DNA from: an uncultured delta proteobacterium
GTDB lineage: Bacteria > Desulfobacterota > Binatia > UBA9968
Assembly: GCA_963847445.1 (NCBI GenBank)
Contig: CAWJZV010000012.1
Coordinates: 34,680 to 98,679, forward strand
DNA length: 64,000 bases
Direction of reading: 5' to 3'
Positions 9,482-22,603 of this stretch are shown here, piece after piece (positions within the stretch are counted from its first letter, which is position 1; each line of letters opens with the position of its first letter). A program made the position numbers and the translations under genes. The notes beneath the pieces are model-generated. The model had not been told where the DNA came from, searched no databases, and worked only from the letters and a program-made list of their open reading frames with translations.

Positions 9482-12400
9482 ATGGATTAACGCCAATCGA
9501 GCCGTCAAGCACGAAACCGCGAAAGCGCCTCCCTGGAAGAGAATCCGCATTGGTACAAAGACGCGGTGATCTACGAAATCCATGTGCGCGCTTTTTGCGA
9601 CGGCAATGGCGACGGCATCGGCGATTTTCGTCGGTCTCACGGAAAAGCTCGATTATTTGCAGGATCTGGGCGTCACGGCGCTGTGGCTTTTGCCCTTTTA
9701 TCCCTCGCCGCTGCGCGACGACGGCTACGATATCGCCGACTACACGAGCATCCATGCCGATTACGGCACGCTGCAAGATTTCAAGACGTTCTTGCGCGAA
9801 GCGCACCGGCGCGGGCTTCGCGTGATCACCGAATTGGTCATCAATCATACTTCCGACCAGCATCCCTGGTTTCAGCGCGCCCGCGAGGCCAAGCCGGGCA
9901 GCGCCGCGCGCGATTTTTATGTTTGGAGCGACAGCCAGGAGCAAGTATCAAGAGGCGCGGATCATTTTCAAAGACTTCGAGCCGTCCAATTGGACCTGGG
10001 ATCCCGTCGCCAAGGCCTATTTCTGGCATCGCTTCTATGCCCATCAGCCCGATCTGAATTTCGACAATCCGGAGGTGAAGAAGGCGCTTTTCGCCGTCTT
10101 GGATTTTTGGCTCGACATGGGCGTCGACGGCCTGCGCCTCGATGCCGTGCCTTATCTCTACGAGCGCGACGGCACCAACTGCGAAAATCTGCCGGAAACC
10201 CATGCCTTTTTGAAAGAGCTGAGGCGCGCATGTCGACAAGCAATATAACAACCGCATGCTGCTCGCCGAGGCGAATCAGTGGCCGGAGGACGCCGTGGCC
10301 TATTTCGGCGCCGGCGACGAGTGCCACATGGCGTTTCATTTTCCGGTGATGCCGCGGCTGTTCATGGCGCTGCACATGGAAGATCGTTTCCCGATCATCG
10401 ACATCCTCGAGCAGACGCCGGCGATTCCGGAATCGTGCCAGTGGGCGATGTTTCTGCGCAATCATGACGAGCTGACGCTCGAGATGGTCACCGACGAAGA
10501 CCGCGACTACATGTACAAAGTCTACGCCAACGATCCGCGCGCGCGCATCAATCTCGGCATCCGCCGCCGCCTGGCGCCGCTTTTGGGCAACAATCGCCGG
10601 CGCATGGAGTTGCTCAATAGCCTGCTGTTCTCGCTCCCCGGCACGCCGGTGATTTATTACGGCGACGAGATCGGCATGGGCGACAATATTTATCTCGGCG
10701 ACCGCAATGGCGTGCGCACGCCGATGCAGTGGAGCGCCGATCGCAACGCGGGTTTCTCGCGGGCCAATCCGCAGCAAGCTCTATTTGCCGGTCATTATCG
10801 ATCCCGGAGTATCACTACGAAACCGTCAACGTCGAAGCGCAGCAGCAGAATCCCAGCTCGCTTCTCTGGTGGATGAAGCGGTTGATCCTGCTGCGCAAGA
10901 GCTACCGCGCCTTCGGCCGAGGGCAGCATCGAGTTTCTCATGCCGGAGAATCGCAAGGCGCTGGTTTTCATCCGCCGCTACGAGGACGAGATTATCCTGG
11001 TGGCCGCCAATCTGTCGCGCTTCGTCAATTGCGCCGAGCTCGATCTGTCGGCTTACAAAGGCATGGTGCCGGTGGAGATGTTCGGCCATACGCGCTTTCC
11101 ACCGATCGGCGAGTTGCCCTATTTTCTCACCTTCGGCCCGCATGCCTTCTATTGGTTCAAACTCGAAGCCGCCGCAGACTGTCCGCAAGCGCGCTCGGTG
11201 ATCGAAGACTTCGAGCCGGCGAAATTGACGGTGGCCGGCGGCTGGGAGCAGCATCCTCGAGGGAAAGCCGCGGGTCGGCTGTCGAGCGCACCCTGCCGGC
11301 TTATTTCATGAGTTGCCGGTGGTTCGGCGGCAAGGCGCAGCAGATCCGCTCGGTCAAAAATATCGACATCATTCCGTTCGATGGTCGACGGCAAGCGCCT
11401 TTATTACGACCTGGGAAGTGCAGTTTCTCGGCGCCACGCCGGAGAGTTATTTGCTGCCTCTCGCCTTTGCGACGGGCGAGCGCGCGTTTCGAACTGCGCC
11501 AGTCCAACCCGCACGCAGTGGTCGCGAAATCTCACCGTCAGGGAAAACGATCACGACAGCGAAGGGCTGCTCTACGACGCGCTCTATGACGCCAATTTTG
11601 CCAAGGCGCTGCTTTATGCGGTCGAGCGCGGCGCCGTTTCAAAGGCGCGAATACGCGAGTTGGCGGCGCTGCCAGCCGAAGGCGTTTCGCAAGCTGCGCG
11701 GCGACGCGGACGCTCACTCTGGAACCGTCGATGCTCAAACGCGAACAGAGCAACACTTCGGTGGTTTACGGCGACCGCATGATCTTGAAAATCTTCCGCC
11801 GGGTTACTGAGGGCGTCAATCCCGATCTCGAGATCGGCGGTTTCTCACCGAAAAGGCGGGCTTTGCACACACGCCGCCCCTCGCCGGGTCCATCTGGAGA
11901 TGCGCAAGGGCCGGGGCAAGGGCGAGCCGACAACGGTGGGAATCTTCCAGGGCTGGGTTGCCAATGAAGGCGACGCTTGGCGCTATACGCTGGACAGCCT
12001 CGGCCATTTCGTCGACGGAATTCTTACGCGTCCGCAAGACGCCGCCGCCGCGGCGCTGCCGGCGCAGCCGCTGATCGAGTTGGCGGAACAGGAGCTGCCC
12101 GAGTTGGCGCGCGAACTCATCGGGTCATATTTGCAGTCGGTTCATTTGCTCGGCCAGCGTACCGGGGAATTGCACGTGGCCCTCGCCTCGGACAGTAAAA
12201 GCCCGGCGTTTGCGCCGGAACCGTTTACGGCGCTTTACCGCCGCTCGCTCTACCAGAGCATGCGCACGCTGGCGGACCAATCGCTGACGCTGTTAAGCGA
12301 GCGGCTGAAGGGACTGGCCGAACCGGTTCGCGGCAGCGCGGAAAAAGTCGTGAAGCTGGAAACCGCCATCTTCGAGCGCTTTCGCCAAATCTCCGAAGCC

Positions 12401-12874
12401 AAGATCACCGCCATGCGCATTCGCTGCCACGGCGATTATCATCTCGGCCAGGTGCTTTTTACCGGTAAGGATTTTGTCATCATCGACTTCGAGGGCGAAC
12501 CGGCGCGGCCGATGACCGAGCGGCGGATCAAGCGCTCGCCGCTGCGCGATGTCGCGGGGATGCTGCGATCCTTCGATTACGCGGCAGTCAGCAAGCTCAA
12601 AAGCGACCAGGTCCGGCCGGATGATCTCGCTCGACTGCAACCATGGGCGCGCTTCTGGAACCGCTGGGTGTCGGTTAGTTTTTTAAAGGGTTATCTCGAC
12701 GCGACCCGCCAGGCGGCCTTTCTGCCGAAATCCGCCAGCGAGCTAAGAGTGATGCTCGATGTCTATCTGCTCGAGAAAGCGGTCTACGAATTGGGCTATG
12801 AATTAAATAACCGTCCCGACTGGGTGATCGTGCCGATCACGGGGATCTTGGCATTGGTCGAGCGAAGTGAGTGA
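9482..12874 (+). CDS. treS: Trehalose synthase TreS fused to maltokinase (frameshifted; start approximate)
   Basis: [34 protein letters not shown]; C-terminal [14 protein letters not shown] and IIDFEGEP of Mak/Pep2. Confidence 0.92.
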
Positions 12875-12943
12875 GCGCAACGTGATATCTGAAAAAACCG
12901 ATCTGCGCGGCCTGCCTAAGAAGCGAGGAAGTGAGAGCGACGC

Positions 12944-14870
12944 ATGACTATGGAATCTTTAAGTCTTCTATCCGATCAAGATCTGTTTCTCTTCAACGAG
13001 GGCAGTCACTTTCGTCTGTACGACAAACTCGGCGCCCATGTGGTCGCGCGCGGAAGCGCCGCCGGCGGCGACTTCGAGAGCGGCACCTATTTCGCGGTGT
13101 GGGCGCCCAACGCCAATCATGTCAGCGTCATCGGCGAGTTTAACGGTTGGGAGAAAGGCAGCCACTCCTTGCAACCCAAGGGCGATTCCGGCATCTGGGA
13201 AGGATTTCTTCCCAACATCGGCAAAGGCACGCTGTACAAGTATCACATCGGCTCGCGCTTCAACGGCTACAGCGCCGACAAGGCCGATCCGTTCTCCATC
13301 TTCAACGAGATTCCGCCGAAGTTCGCGTCCATCGTCTGGGATTTGGATTATCAATGGAAGGACCAGCAGTGGATGGGTGACCGGCAGCACCATCAGGGCC
13401 TCGACAAGCCGATGTCGATTTACGAAATGCACGTCGGTTCCTGGCGGCGGATGCCGGGGAAGGCTCACCGCTCGCTGTCCTATCGCGAGTTGGCGGCCGA
13501 ACTGGCGGATTACCTGCATCACATGGGCTACACCCATGTCGAGTTTCTGCCGGTCATGGATCATCCGTTTTTCGGTTCCTGGGGTTATCAAGTCACCGGT
13601 TACTTCGCGCCATCGGGAAACTACGGCACGCCGCAGGATCTGATGTATCTCATCGACACGCTGCACCAGCGCGGCATCGGCGTGATTCTCGACTGGGTGC
13701 CGTCGCATTTCCCCAGCGACGAACATGGCCTGGCATATTTCGACGGCACGCATCTTTACGAACATGCCGACCCGCGCCAGGGGTATCACCCGGAATGGAA
13801 CAGCTACATCTTCAACTATGGCCGCAACGAGGTGCAGAGCTTTCTGATCAGCAACGCGCTGTTCTGGCTCGACAAGTATCACGCCGACGGTCTGCGCGTC
13901 GACGCGGTGGCATCGATGCTCTATCTCGACTATGCGCGCAAAGCAAGGCGAATGGATTCCCAACAAGTACGGCGGCAGGGAGAACCTCGAAGCGATCGAG
14001 TTTCTGCGCCGCTTGAACGCGGCGGTCTACGAGCATCATCCCGATGTCGAAACCATCGCCGAGGAATCGACCTCCTGGCCGATGGTGTCGCGGCCCAACT
14101 ATGTCGGCGGCTTGGGCTTCGGCTTCAAGTGGGACATGGGCTGGATGCACGATACGTTGGAATACATGCGCCAGGATCCGATGCATCGCCGCTACCATCA
14201 CAACAAGCTGACCTTTCGCATGCTCTATGCCTTTCACGAGAATTTCGTCCTGCCGCTGTCCCATGACGAAGTCGTGTACGGCAAAGGTTCGCTGCTCGGC
14301 AAGATGCCCGGCGACGACTGGCAGAAGTTCGCCAACCTGCGCGCGCTCTTCGGCTACATGTACGCCCAGCCGTCGAAAAAACTGCTGTTCATGGGCGGCG
14401 AATTCGGCCAGTGGCGCGAATGGACGCATGACGCGAGCTTGCAGTGGGAGCTGCTCGATCAGCCGTTGCACGCCGGCCTGCAGAAATGGGTGCGCGATCT
14501 CAATCATCTCTACAAGAACGAGCCGGCGCTCTACGAACAGGATTGCGATCCCGCCGGTTTCGAATGGATCGATTGCGGCGACGCCGAGGCAAGCGTGATC
14601 AGTCTCATGCGCAAGGGCAAAACCACCTCGACGATTATTCTGGTCGTTTGCAACTTCACCCCGGTGCCGCGCTACAGTTACCGGGTCGGCGCGCCGCGCG
14701 GCGGCTTTTGGCACGAAGCCTTGAACAGCGATGCGGCGGTGTATGGCGGCAGCAACATGGGCAACCTCGGCGGCGTCGAAGCGGCGCCCGTCGCGCTGCA
14801 CGGCCGATCCCATTCCTTGACGATCACGTTACCGCCGTTGTCGGCGTCGTTTTTCAAGAGCGAGGGTTGA
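12944..14870 (+). CDS. glgB: 1,4-alpha-glucan branching enzyme (one frameshift near 13945)
   Basis: [37 protein letters not shown] and LPLSHDEVV. Confidence 0.95.
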
Positions 14871-15063
14871 TCCTTGACGGCGCAGCCAAAAAATTCAGGA
14901 AGTTACTGCCACCGCGGCGGCCGCGGCAAAACGCCATCATCGACAAATTTAGCGCCTTGGCTCCGGCAACCGAGATCGGTTACGACCGCGAAAACGACCG
15001 CGAGCGGTATTCGTTCGCTGGAGACGGGATTACGATGATTCCGCGCGCCGCGGCGAAAAACCG

Positions 15064-16976
15064 TTGGACCACGAGCGATCGGGAGTGAGGCTAAAATTGC
15101 CGACCTGGATTGGCGCACAATTGTTAGAGAACCAGCGCTGCCGGTTTCGCGTCTGGGCGCCGACGGCTCGCTCCGTCGATGTTACTATAATCGGTCCGAA
15201 CGGACGCGCGGCGCCACTTGACCGTGGCGCGGACGGATACTTCGCCGCGGAGCTTGAGGATATCCCGAGCGGCACGCTTTATCGTTACCGGCTCGATGGC
15301 GCGCAAGACCGGCCCGATCCGGCTTCACGATTCCAACCTCAGGGCGTGCACGGCCCCTCTGCGGTGATTGACGCGAATTTTCCCTGGGAAGACGCCTCCT
15401 GGTTGGGTTTGCCGCTGCCACGCTACGTTATTTACGAACTGCACGTCGGCACTTTCACTAGCGCCGGCACGTTCGATGCCATCGTGCCGCATCTCGCCGA
15501 GCTCAAAGATCTCGGCATCACGGCCATCGAACTGATGCCGGTGGCGCAGTTTCCCGGAAGCCGCAACTGGGGCTACGACGGCGTGCTGCCTTACGCCGTG
15601 CAAGATTCCTATGGCGGGCCGCAAGGTCTCAAACGCTTGGTCAACGCTTGTCATAAGATTGGCTTGGCGGTGATTCTCGACGTCGTCTACAACCATCTTG
15701 GGCCGGAGGGAAATTATCTCGCCGATTTCGGCCCTTATTTTACCGATCGTTATAAAACGCCGTGGGGCCCGGCGCTGAATTTCGACGGGCCGGATAGCGA
15801 CCCGGTGCGCCGTTACTTTATCGACAACGCGCTTTACTGGGTCTGTGAATTTCACATCGATGCGCTGCGTTTGGACGCGGTGCACACGATTTTGGATCAC
15901 TCGCCGTACACTTTCCTCGAACAATTGGCGAGACGAAGTCCACCAAGCCGCAAAGACCCTGAATCGCCAGATATTGCTTTTCCCGGAAAGCGCCGCCAAC
16001 GACGCGCGCCTGATTCGCTCGCGCGAGGTTGGCGGCTACGGTCTCGACGCCCAGTGGAACGACGATTTTCACCACGCGCTGCGCGCCGTGTTGACCGACG
16101 AACGCTCCGGCTATTACGAGGACTACGGCAAGTTTCAGCCAGTTCGTCAAAGCGTTCCGCGAGGGCTTCGTCTATTCCGGCGAGTATTCTAAACATCGCC
16201 GGCACCGCCACGGCACTTCGACGCAAGACATTGCCGCCGAACGCTTTGTGGTGTTTTGCGCAAAATCACGATCAGGTGGGCAATCGCATGCTCGGCGAGC
16301 GGCTGAGCCAATTGGTTTCCTTCGAACCGTTGAAGCTGGCCGCCGCGGCGGTGATCCTTTCGCCGTATGTCCCGTTGCTTTTCATGGGCGAGGAATACGG
16401 CGAAGAGGCGCCGTTTCAGTATTTCATCAGCCACGGCGACGCCGGTCTGATCGATGCCGTGCGCAACGGCCGGCGCGGCGAGTTCGCTTCCTTCGGTTGG
16501 CTAGGCGAACCACCCGATCCCGCAGGATGAAAAGACTTTTTTGCGCGCCAAGCTCAATCATCAGCTGAAAGGCGACGGCAAATACCGCGTGCTATGGGAG
16601 TTCTACCGAGAGCTGCTGCGCCTGCGTCAAGAGGTGGCGCCCTTGGCGCAGTTGAGCAAAGAGCACTGCGACGTCATCGGCTTCGACAACGATCGCGTCT
16701 TGTTGTTGCGCCGCTGGCAGCGGCAGCAAGTCGTCGTGACGCCTATTCAATTTCAATTCTGCGCCGGTGTCGCTGGCGCTGCCGATGGCGCCAGGCCGCT
16801 GGCGCAAGGTGCTCGACTCGAGCGAGGCGCGTTGGGACGGCGCTGGCAGCGAGCTGCCGGCGCAATTCGACTGCGCGGCAAGCGTCGAGTTTCGTTTACC
16901 GCCGTCGTCGTTGGCGTTATTCATGCGCGTCAAACACATCCAAAAAAAACTTCGAGGAGTAAAACGATCACGATGA
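15064..16976 (+). CDS. treZ: Malto-oligosyltrehalose trehalohydrolase (frameshifted)
   Basis: [39 protein letters not shown] and FMGEEY. Confidence 0.93.
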
Positions 16977-17130
16977 AAGTTTGGCCAGGCAAACCTTATC
17001 CTCTCGGCGCCACCTGGGATGGCGCCGGAATTAATTTTGCGATCTTTTCCGAAAACGCCACGGCGTCGATCTTTGCCTATTTGATTGGTCTGACGGCAAC
17101 AACGAAATAGGGAAGATCCCAGTGCGAGAA
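16973..17130 (+). pseudogene. glgX: Glycogen debranching enzyme GlgX, 5' stub only (about 50 codons)
   Basis: [30 protein letters not shown], then DLCLFD in the shifted frame; treY starts at 17169, leaving no room for the rest of the gene. Confidence 0.85.
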
Positions 17131-17168
17131 AATATTCACCGGGCATGCTCACAACGGGGTAGAAAATA

Positions 17169-20092
17169 ATGCGCATTCCGACCGCGACCTATCGCTTGCA
17201 GTTTCACAAAGACTTCGGCTTTGCCGATGCTACCGGGCTGATCGAGTATCTGCGCGATCTCGGCGTCTCCGATGCTTACGCCTCGCCGATTTTCAAGGCC
17301 CGTGCCGGCAGCATGCATGGTTACGATGTCGTCGATCACAGCCAAATCGATCCGGCACTCGGCGGCGAGGAGGCTTTTGAGGCTTTTGCCGCTGCCTTAA
17401 AATGCGCAGGGCTGGGACTTATTTTGGATATCGTGCCCAACCACATGGGTATCGGCGAAACCAGCAACGTCTGGTGGATGGATGTGCTTGAGAACGGTCC
17501 GAGTTCGAGCTACGCGGCTTACTTCGATATCGACTGGCAGCCGGCCAATCCGCAGCTTGAGAACAAAGTGCTGTTGCCGATCCTCGAGGACCAGTACGGC
17601 AACGTGCTGGAAGAGGGCAAGTTCCGGCTGGCCTACGAAGACGGCGCGTTCTTCATTTACCATTACGATGCCAAGTCTGCCGGTGGCGCCGCGCACCTAC
17701 AGCGCCATTCTGGCGCACAGCTCGAGGCTTGATCGAAACCCTCGGCAAAGACGCCGCGGCGGTGACTCGAGCTGCAAAGTATTCTAACCGCCATCAGCCA
17801 TCTGCCGCTGCGCACCGAAGCCGATCCGGAAAGACTTGAAGAAGCGCCGGCGCGAGAAGGAAATCATCAAACGACGCATCGCGGCGCTCTATCAGGAAAG
17901 CGCCGAGGCGAGAAATGCGCTCGATGCGACGGTGCGACAGTTTAACGGCAATGTCGGCGATCCGCGAGAGCTTCGATCTGCTCGACCAATTGATGGACGC
18001 GCAGCCCTATCGCTTGGCGTTCTGGCGTGTTGCCGGCGACGAGATCAATTACCGGCGATTTTTCGACATCAATGAGTTGGCGGCGATCCGCACGGAAACT
18101 CCGGAGGTTTTCCAAGCGACGCACCGACTCGATTCTTCGACTGGTCAGCGAGGGCAAAGTCAGCGGCTTACGTGTCGATCATCCGGACGGTCTGCGCGAT
18201 CCGACCGCCTACTTCCGATCAACTCCAGCAAAGCCAGTTGGGCCAAGACGTCGACGCGACTCGAGCGGAAACGGAGCCCACGGCCCTTGTACATCGTCGC
18301 CGAAAAGATTCTTTCGAAAGGAGAGCCGTTGCCGGAGGATTGGGCAGTTCGGGCACCACCGGTTACGACTTTCTCAATCAGGTGAACGGTCTGTTTGTGC
18401 GCGGCGCCAGCCGCGCGGGCGTTCGATAAAATCTATTAGCGATTTCATCGGTGAAAAAGCCAGCTATCGAGAGTTGGTGAATTCGCGCAAGAAAATGATC
18501 ATGCTGGTCTCCCTCGCCAGCGAAATCAATGCCCTGAGCCACCGGCTCGATGACATTTCCGAGCGCAATCGCCATTACCGCGATTTTACGCTCAATCGGC
18601 CTGACCTTCGCGATTCGCGAAGTGATCGCCTGTCTTTCGGTTTACCGCACCTATGCCGATGCCACGAGGGGTGAAATGTCGGAGCGGGACCGGAAGTATA
18701 TCGAAGCTGCGGTGGATGAAGCCAAGAAGACGCAATCCGCGCACGGCGCGGGCGATCTTCGATTTCATCGGCGACTACCCTGGCGCTCAAGAATCTTAGC
18801 CGATTCCGCGCCGAGGACCGCCAATCCGTCATCGACTTTGTCATGAAGTTTCAGCAGCTCACTGGACCGGTGATGGCCAAAGGCGTCGAGGACACGGCTT
18901 TTTATGTTTATAATCGTTTGATTTCCTTGAACGAAGTGGGCGGCGATCCGGAAGAGTTCGGCATCTCGCTGGAGGCATTTTCACGGGCACAACGAGGCAC
19001 GGCTCAAACTCTGGCCCCATACGATGCTGACAGCTTTCGACCCATGACACCAAGCGCGGCGAGGATGGGCGTTCGCGCATCGACGCGCTTTCCGAGATCG
19101 CGCCGGAGTGGCGCGCCGCCCTGTCGCGCTGGAAACAGATTCAATGAAGCTAACAAGACCCTGGTCAATGGCGAGCCCGTTCCGGATCGCAACGACGAAT
19201 ATCTGTTTTATCAGACGCTGATTGGCGCCTGGCCGGCCGGTTCGGCTTGACCGCGAAGAGTTAGCCGAGTTCCGCCAGCGCATCGCCGCGTACATGCAGA
19301 AGGCGATCAAGGAAGCGAAGGTTCACACCAGCTGGGTGAATCCCAACGATGCTTACGATCGCGCCGTGGAAAAATTTGTGGCGCAAGTTCTCGGTCCCGA
19401 GAGTGGCGACGAGTTCATGAACGACTTCAGTCAGTTTCATGAAGCGGATCGCTTACGTCGGCATGCTCAATTCTCTGGCCCAGACGCTGCTCAAGATGAC
19501 CTCACCCGGCGTGCCGGACTTTTTATCAAGGGACGGAGCTCTGGGATCTGAGCCTGGTGGATCCCGATAACCGCCGGCCGGTGGACTATGCCAAGCGAAG
19601 AGAGCTTTCTCGATGAACTCAAGCGAGGGGAGCAAACCGATCGCGCCGGTCTTTTGCGCGATTTGCTTTCTCACTGGCAAGACGGCCGCGTCAAGCAGTA
19701 TCTGATTTACCGGACTTTGAACTTTCGGCGCGAGCACGCGGAGCTGTTTCAACGGGGCAGTTACGTGCCGCTCTTCGCCGCGGGGAAATTCCACGAAAAT
19801 GTTTGCGCCTTCGCGCGCCGGTTGGACGACCAGATGGGTCATTGCCATGGCACCGCGGCTCCTGGCGCGAATTTTACCGCCCGGTCCGCCGCCGCTAGGA
19901 GAAGCACTTTGGCAGGATGGGGTGCTACCTTTGCCCCATGGAGCGGCGGACTCTTGGCACAGTATTTTGACCGGCGAGAATGTGTCCGCATGCACAATCA
20001 AAGACAAGCAAAAGGGTTTGCCATTGCAGCAAATCTTCAAAAGCTTTCCCGTGGCGCTGGTGCAGAGCGGCGAATCAGGACCTATTAAATGA
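17169..20092 (+). CDS. treY: Malto-oligosyltrehalose synthase (multiple frameshifts)
   Basis: [41 protein letters not shown] and [16 protein letters not shown]. Confidence 0.93.
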
Positions 20093-20335
20093 CGACTATC
20101 GGTCACGCGCAGAATCGCAATAATCGCCGGGCTGATGCTTACGGATGCGCCGCCCGCGCCGCCATCGCGCACTTTAAGATGAGCTGAAAGACAGCGTTAT
20201 ATCAACCCTCGCTGTGGCATAGCTGAAGATTGAGTCAGATAACCCGATCGCATTACTTCGGTAACGGCGCGCAGGTCCGTCGTTGATTAATCGTGACGCC
20301 GAGCCATTCTTGGGGCTGACAGACTGCAAGCGGAG

Positions 20336-21025
20336 ATGTGCATGGACAGCGGTTTATTTCTATTCGGGCTACTCGTGGCATTGTTCGCCATTTACCGACA
20401 AACATGGCGCCGACTCAGGAGCCCGCAAGCCACGGTCCGAGGCCTGCTGCGAAGTTATCACGCCTTTGCGCGGACCGGCCTGCCGGAGCTGGAATCTTTG
20501 CTGCGAGTCTTAAGCAAACGCAGCGGTTGGAGAAATTTACCGTCCGTCTTCCTCGCCGAGATCATAGCGCGGTTCGGGACCAAGGAAAATGTTTTTCGCT
20601 TTGTCTCTCTCGCGGAAAGCTACCGCCTCGACCGAACTCAACTGCCGGCGATCGCCGCGAATCGCGACATGGAGACGGCGATGCGCGAAGTCGCCCTCTG
20701 GCTGGTCGACTTCGGCAACCGGCTGCATAAAGAGAATAGCTTTAAACAAGCCGAGTTCGTGCAAAAGCTCGCTCTCAACTTACAGCCCGATCAATATTTT
20801 ACCAATCTTCCGCTGGCGGCCACTTTGTTAAAAATGGAGCGTTACGATGAGGCCGCTGCGCTGTTCAAGGACGGTCTCGTCCAACTGGAAAATTGCGCCG
20901 CTGGCGCCGCGTTTCTCGACCGCTTGGAAACCGGTGCGAATCTCGACGAGGTACGCACGCGCTACCGCGAGATGTCTGACAGTTGTTCGAAAGCTCGTCG
21001 GCGTCAGCGGGATTCCGTACCATGA
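20336..21025 (+). CDS. Hypothetical membrane-anchored protein with TPR-like C-terminus
   Basis: N-terminal hydrophobic segment; LAATLLKMERYDEAAALFKDGL is TPR-like. Confidence 0.55.
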   Translation: MCMDSGLFLFGLLVALFAIYRQTWRRLRSPQATVRGLLRSYHAFARTGLPELESLLRVLSKRSGWRNLPSVFLAEIIARFGTKENVFRFVSLAESYRLDRTQLPAIAANRDMETAMREVALWLVDFGNRLHKENSFKQAEFVQKLALNLQPDQYFTNLPLAATLLKMERYDEAAALFKDGLVQLENCAAGAAFLDRLETGANLDEVRTRYREMSDSCSKARRRQRDSVP

Positions 21026-21352
21026 CGGCTTCCGTGCGACCGATGCGCGGGTCGCGCCAGCGACGATCACGAGCCGTGAAGATGATCGAGAACGCGACGA
21101 TAAATTGGCCTGCAAGCATTTTCCAGGAAATCCAACCTTCGTCGCGCAAACCATGGACGGCGCGGGTTCGCAGATCGGGGCGAACTATACAATCCCGCTA
21201 AGGCCGACGGGCTGACCCTCGGTTCGGTCATTCCGGCGCTTTACTTCAATCAATTAGCCGGCAAGAAGGAGGCTCAATTCGACTGGTGTAAATTCCAGTC
21301 ACCCTGGATTCTCCTTTCAATCTTCCGTACAAGTAGCGATTCAAAGCGATCG

Positions 21353-21856
21353 CTAGGTGAGCTTACGCGCTTGGGAATCGCCCGCGCCATGTTCAAGCCG
21401 GTCATCGATCTCAGCCATCGACGCGGCCAGCGAGTTATGGCATTGCTCTATGGACTGACGCAGTTCGCTCTCAAGCCGGTCCAACTTGGCTGACGTTTCT
21501 GCTTTGCGAGCTGCTCGGTTTGCTTGCCGAGGGTCTTGAGCTGAGATTCGAGAAAGGAGCGCAAATCCTGGATGCGCGAGATTTCGGCATGCTCGGCAAG
21601 CTCGCGCTGGGAGTGCAGCTCGCGGGCATGACGCCGGGTCTCGAACAGCACCGAAGACTGCAAATAGACCACGTAGATTAGAAACAAAGCCGCCAACAGG
21701 ACGACTATCCCTAGTAAAATCAACCCCAGCGGCGCTTCGACGCTGGCAAAGATCACCGAAAGCGTCGTCGGCGTGGTGAAAGCGCTCCAGTTGAGCCGCG
21801 GTAAATAGAGCCAATGCTCCAAGCGCAAGCACTATCAATAGGGTGCGTAAATACAT
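21353..21856 (-). CDS. LapA (DUF1049)-like membrane protein (frameshifted)
   Basis: LNWSAFTTPTTLSVIFASVEAPLGLILLG followed by a coiled coil. Confidence 0.7.
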   Translation of the reverse strand: MYLRTLLIVLALGALALFTAAQLERFHHADDAFGDLCQRRSAAGVDFTRDSRPVGGFVSNLRGLFAVFGAVRDPASCPRAALPARACRACRNLAHPGFALLSRISAQDPRQANRAARKAETSAKLDRLESELRQSIEQCHNSLAASMAEIDDRLEHGAGDSQARKLT

Positions 21857-21889
21857 GGTGAACCTCCCAGGGGGAATGTTAGGTTTGGC

Positions 21890-22490
21890 TCAATTCACCT
21901 TGGCGCGAATCGTTTGCAGCAGTTCGGCGAAGGAAGAGCGGCTGAGGATGCGGCCAAACTGCGAGCGATAGTTGTTAACTACACTGACGTTTTCGATGAT
22001 CACATCGTAGACTTTCCATTCGACTTCCATCGAGATTGAGCCGGTAATCGATGGTAAATTCTTCGCCTCCATCGTTTATGACTTTGGTGCCGACATCAGC
22101 GTAAGCGCCGTCCTGGGATTCACTGCGGTAAACAACCCTTTGGCCGCGGTAGGACTCGATGGACTCGATATAGGAATTCTTCAGCAGCTCGGTAAACAGC
22201 CGGATGAATTCCTTTTGTTCCGCAGGTGTCCGGCGGCGCCACTCGGCGCCCAAGGAGCGTTTTGCCATTTCCTCGAAATCGAACCGCGGCAGTATCGCCT
22301 TGCTCAACTCCGAGCGCCGCGCTTCTTTGGCGCCAGGGGAATTCAATGCCGGGTCTTTGAGAATCGTCAGCACGCGATCGACGGTGCCGCGAATCTGCTC
22401 GGTTGGAACGCCCGCGCTGCCATCTCGAGGTTGAATCAAAGCAACCGTTAAGACTAGAAGACTGAAAATCGTTGTGCGTGTCCCTATCAT
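21890..22490 (-). CDS. MlaC/Ttg2D family phospholipid-binding protein (frameshift near 3' end)
   Basis: FDFEEMAKRSLG...W, IDYRL and WKVYDVIIENVSVVNNYRSQF. Confidence 0.88.
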
Positions 22491-22586
22491 GGGTGGGAAA
22501 CTCCTTACGGGTTAATTCACCGTTTGGTTATTGGGATTCTCTACAGCCTTTTCGCCGAAGCGCTCTCGTGAATGCCTCCACTCAAA

Positions 22587-22603
22587 TACAAGCTCCGTGC
22601 CAA
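22587..22603 (-). promoter_or_regulatory. Putative sigma-54 (-24/-12) promoter for the mlaC-lapA unit
   Basis: Minus strand reads TTGGCACGGAGCTTGTA against consensus TGGCAC-N5-TTGCW (one mismatch), about 100 bp upstream of the start. Confidence 0.5.

Noticed and set aside
7427-20092. Mass pseudogenisation or programmed frameshifting of glgE/treS/glgB/treZ/treY
   Set aside because: The breaks are single-base indels with catalytic motifs intact and no clear accumulation of nonsense codons; sequencing consensus error is more parsimonious.
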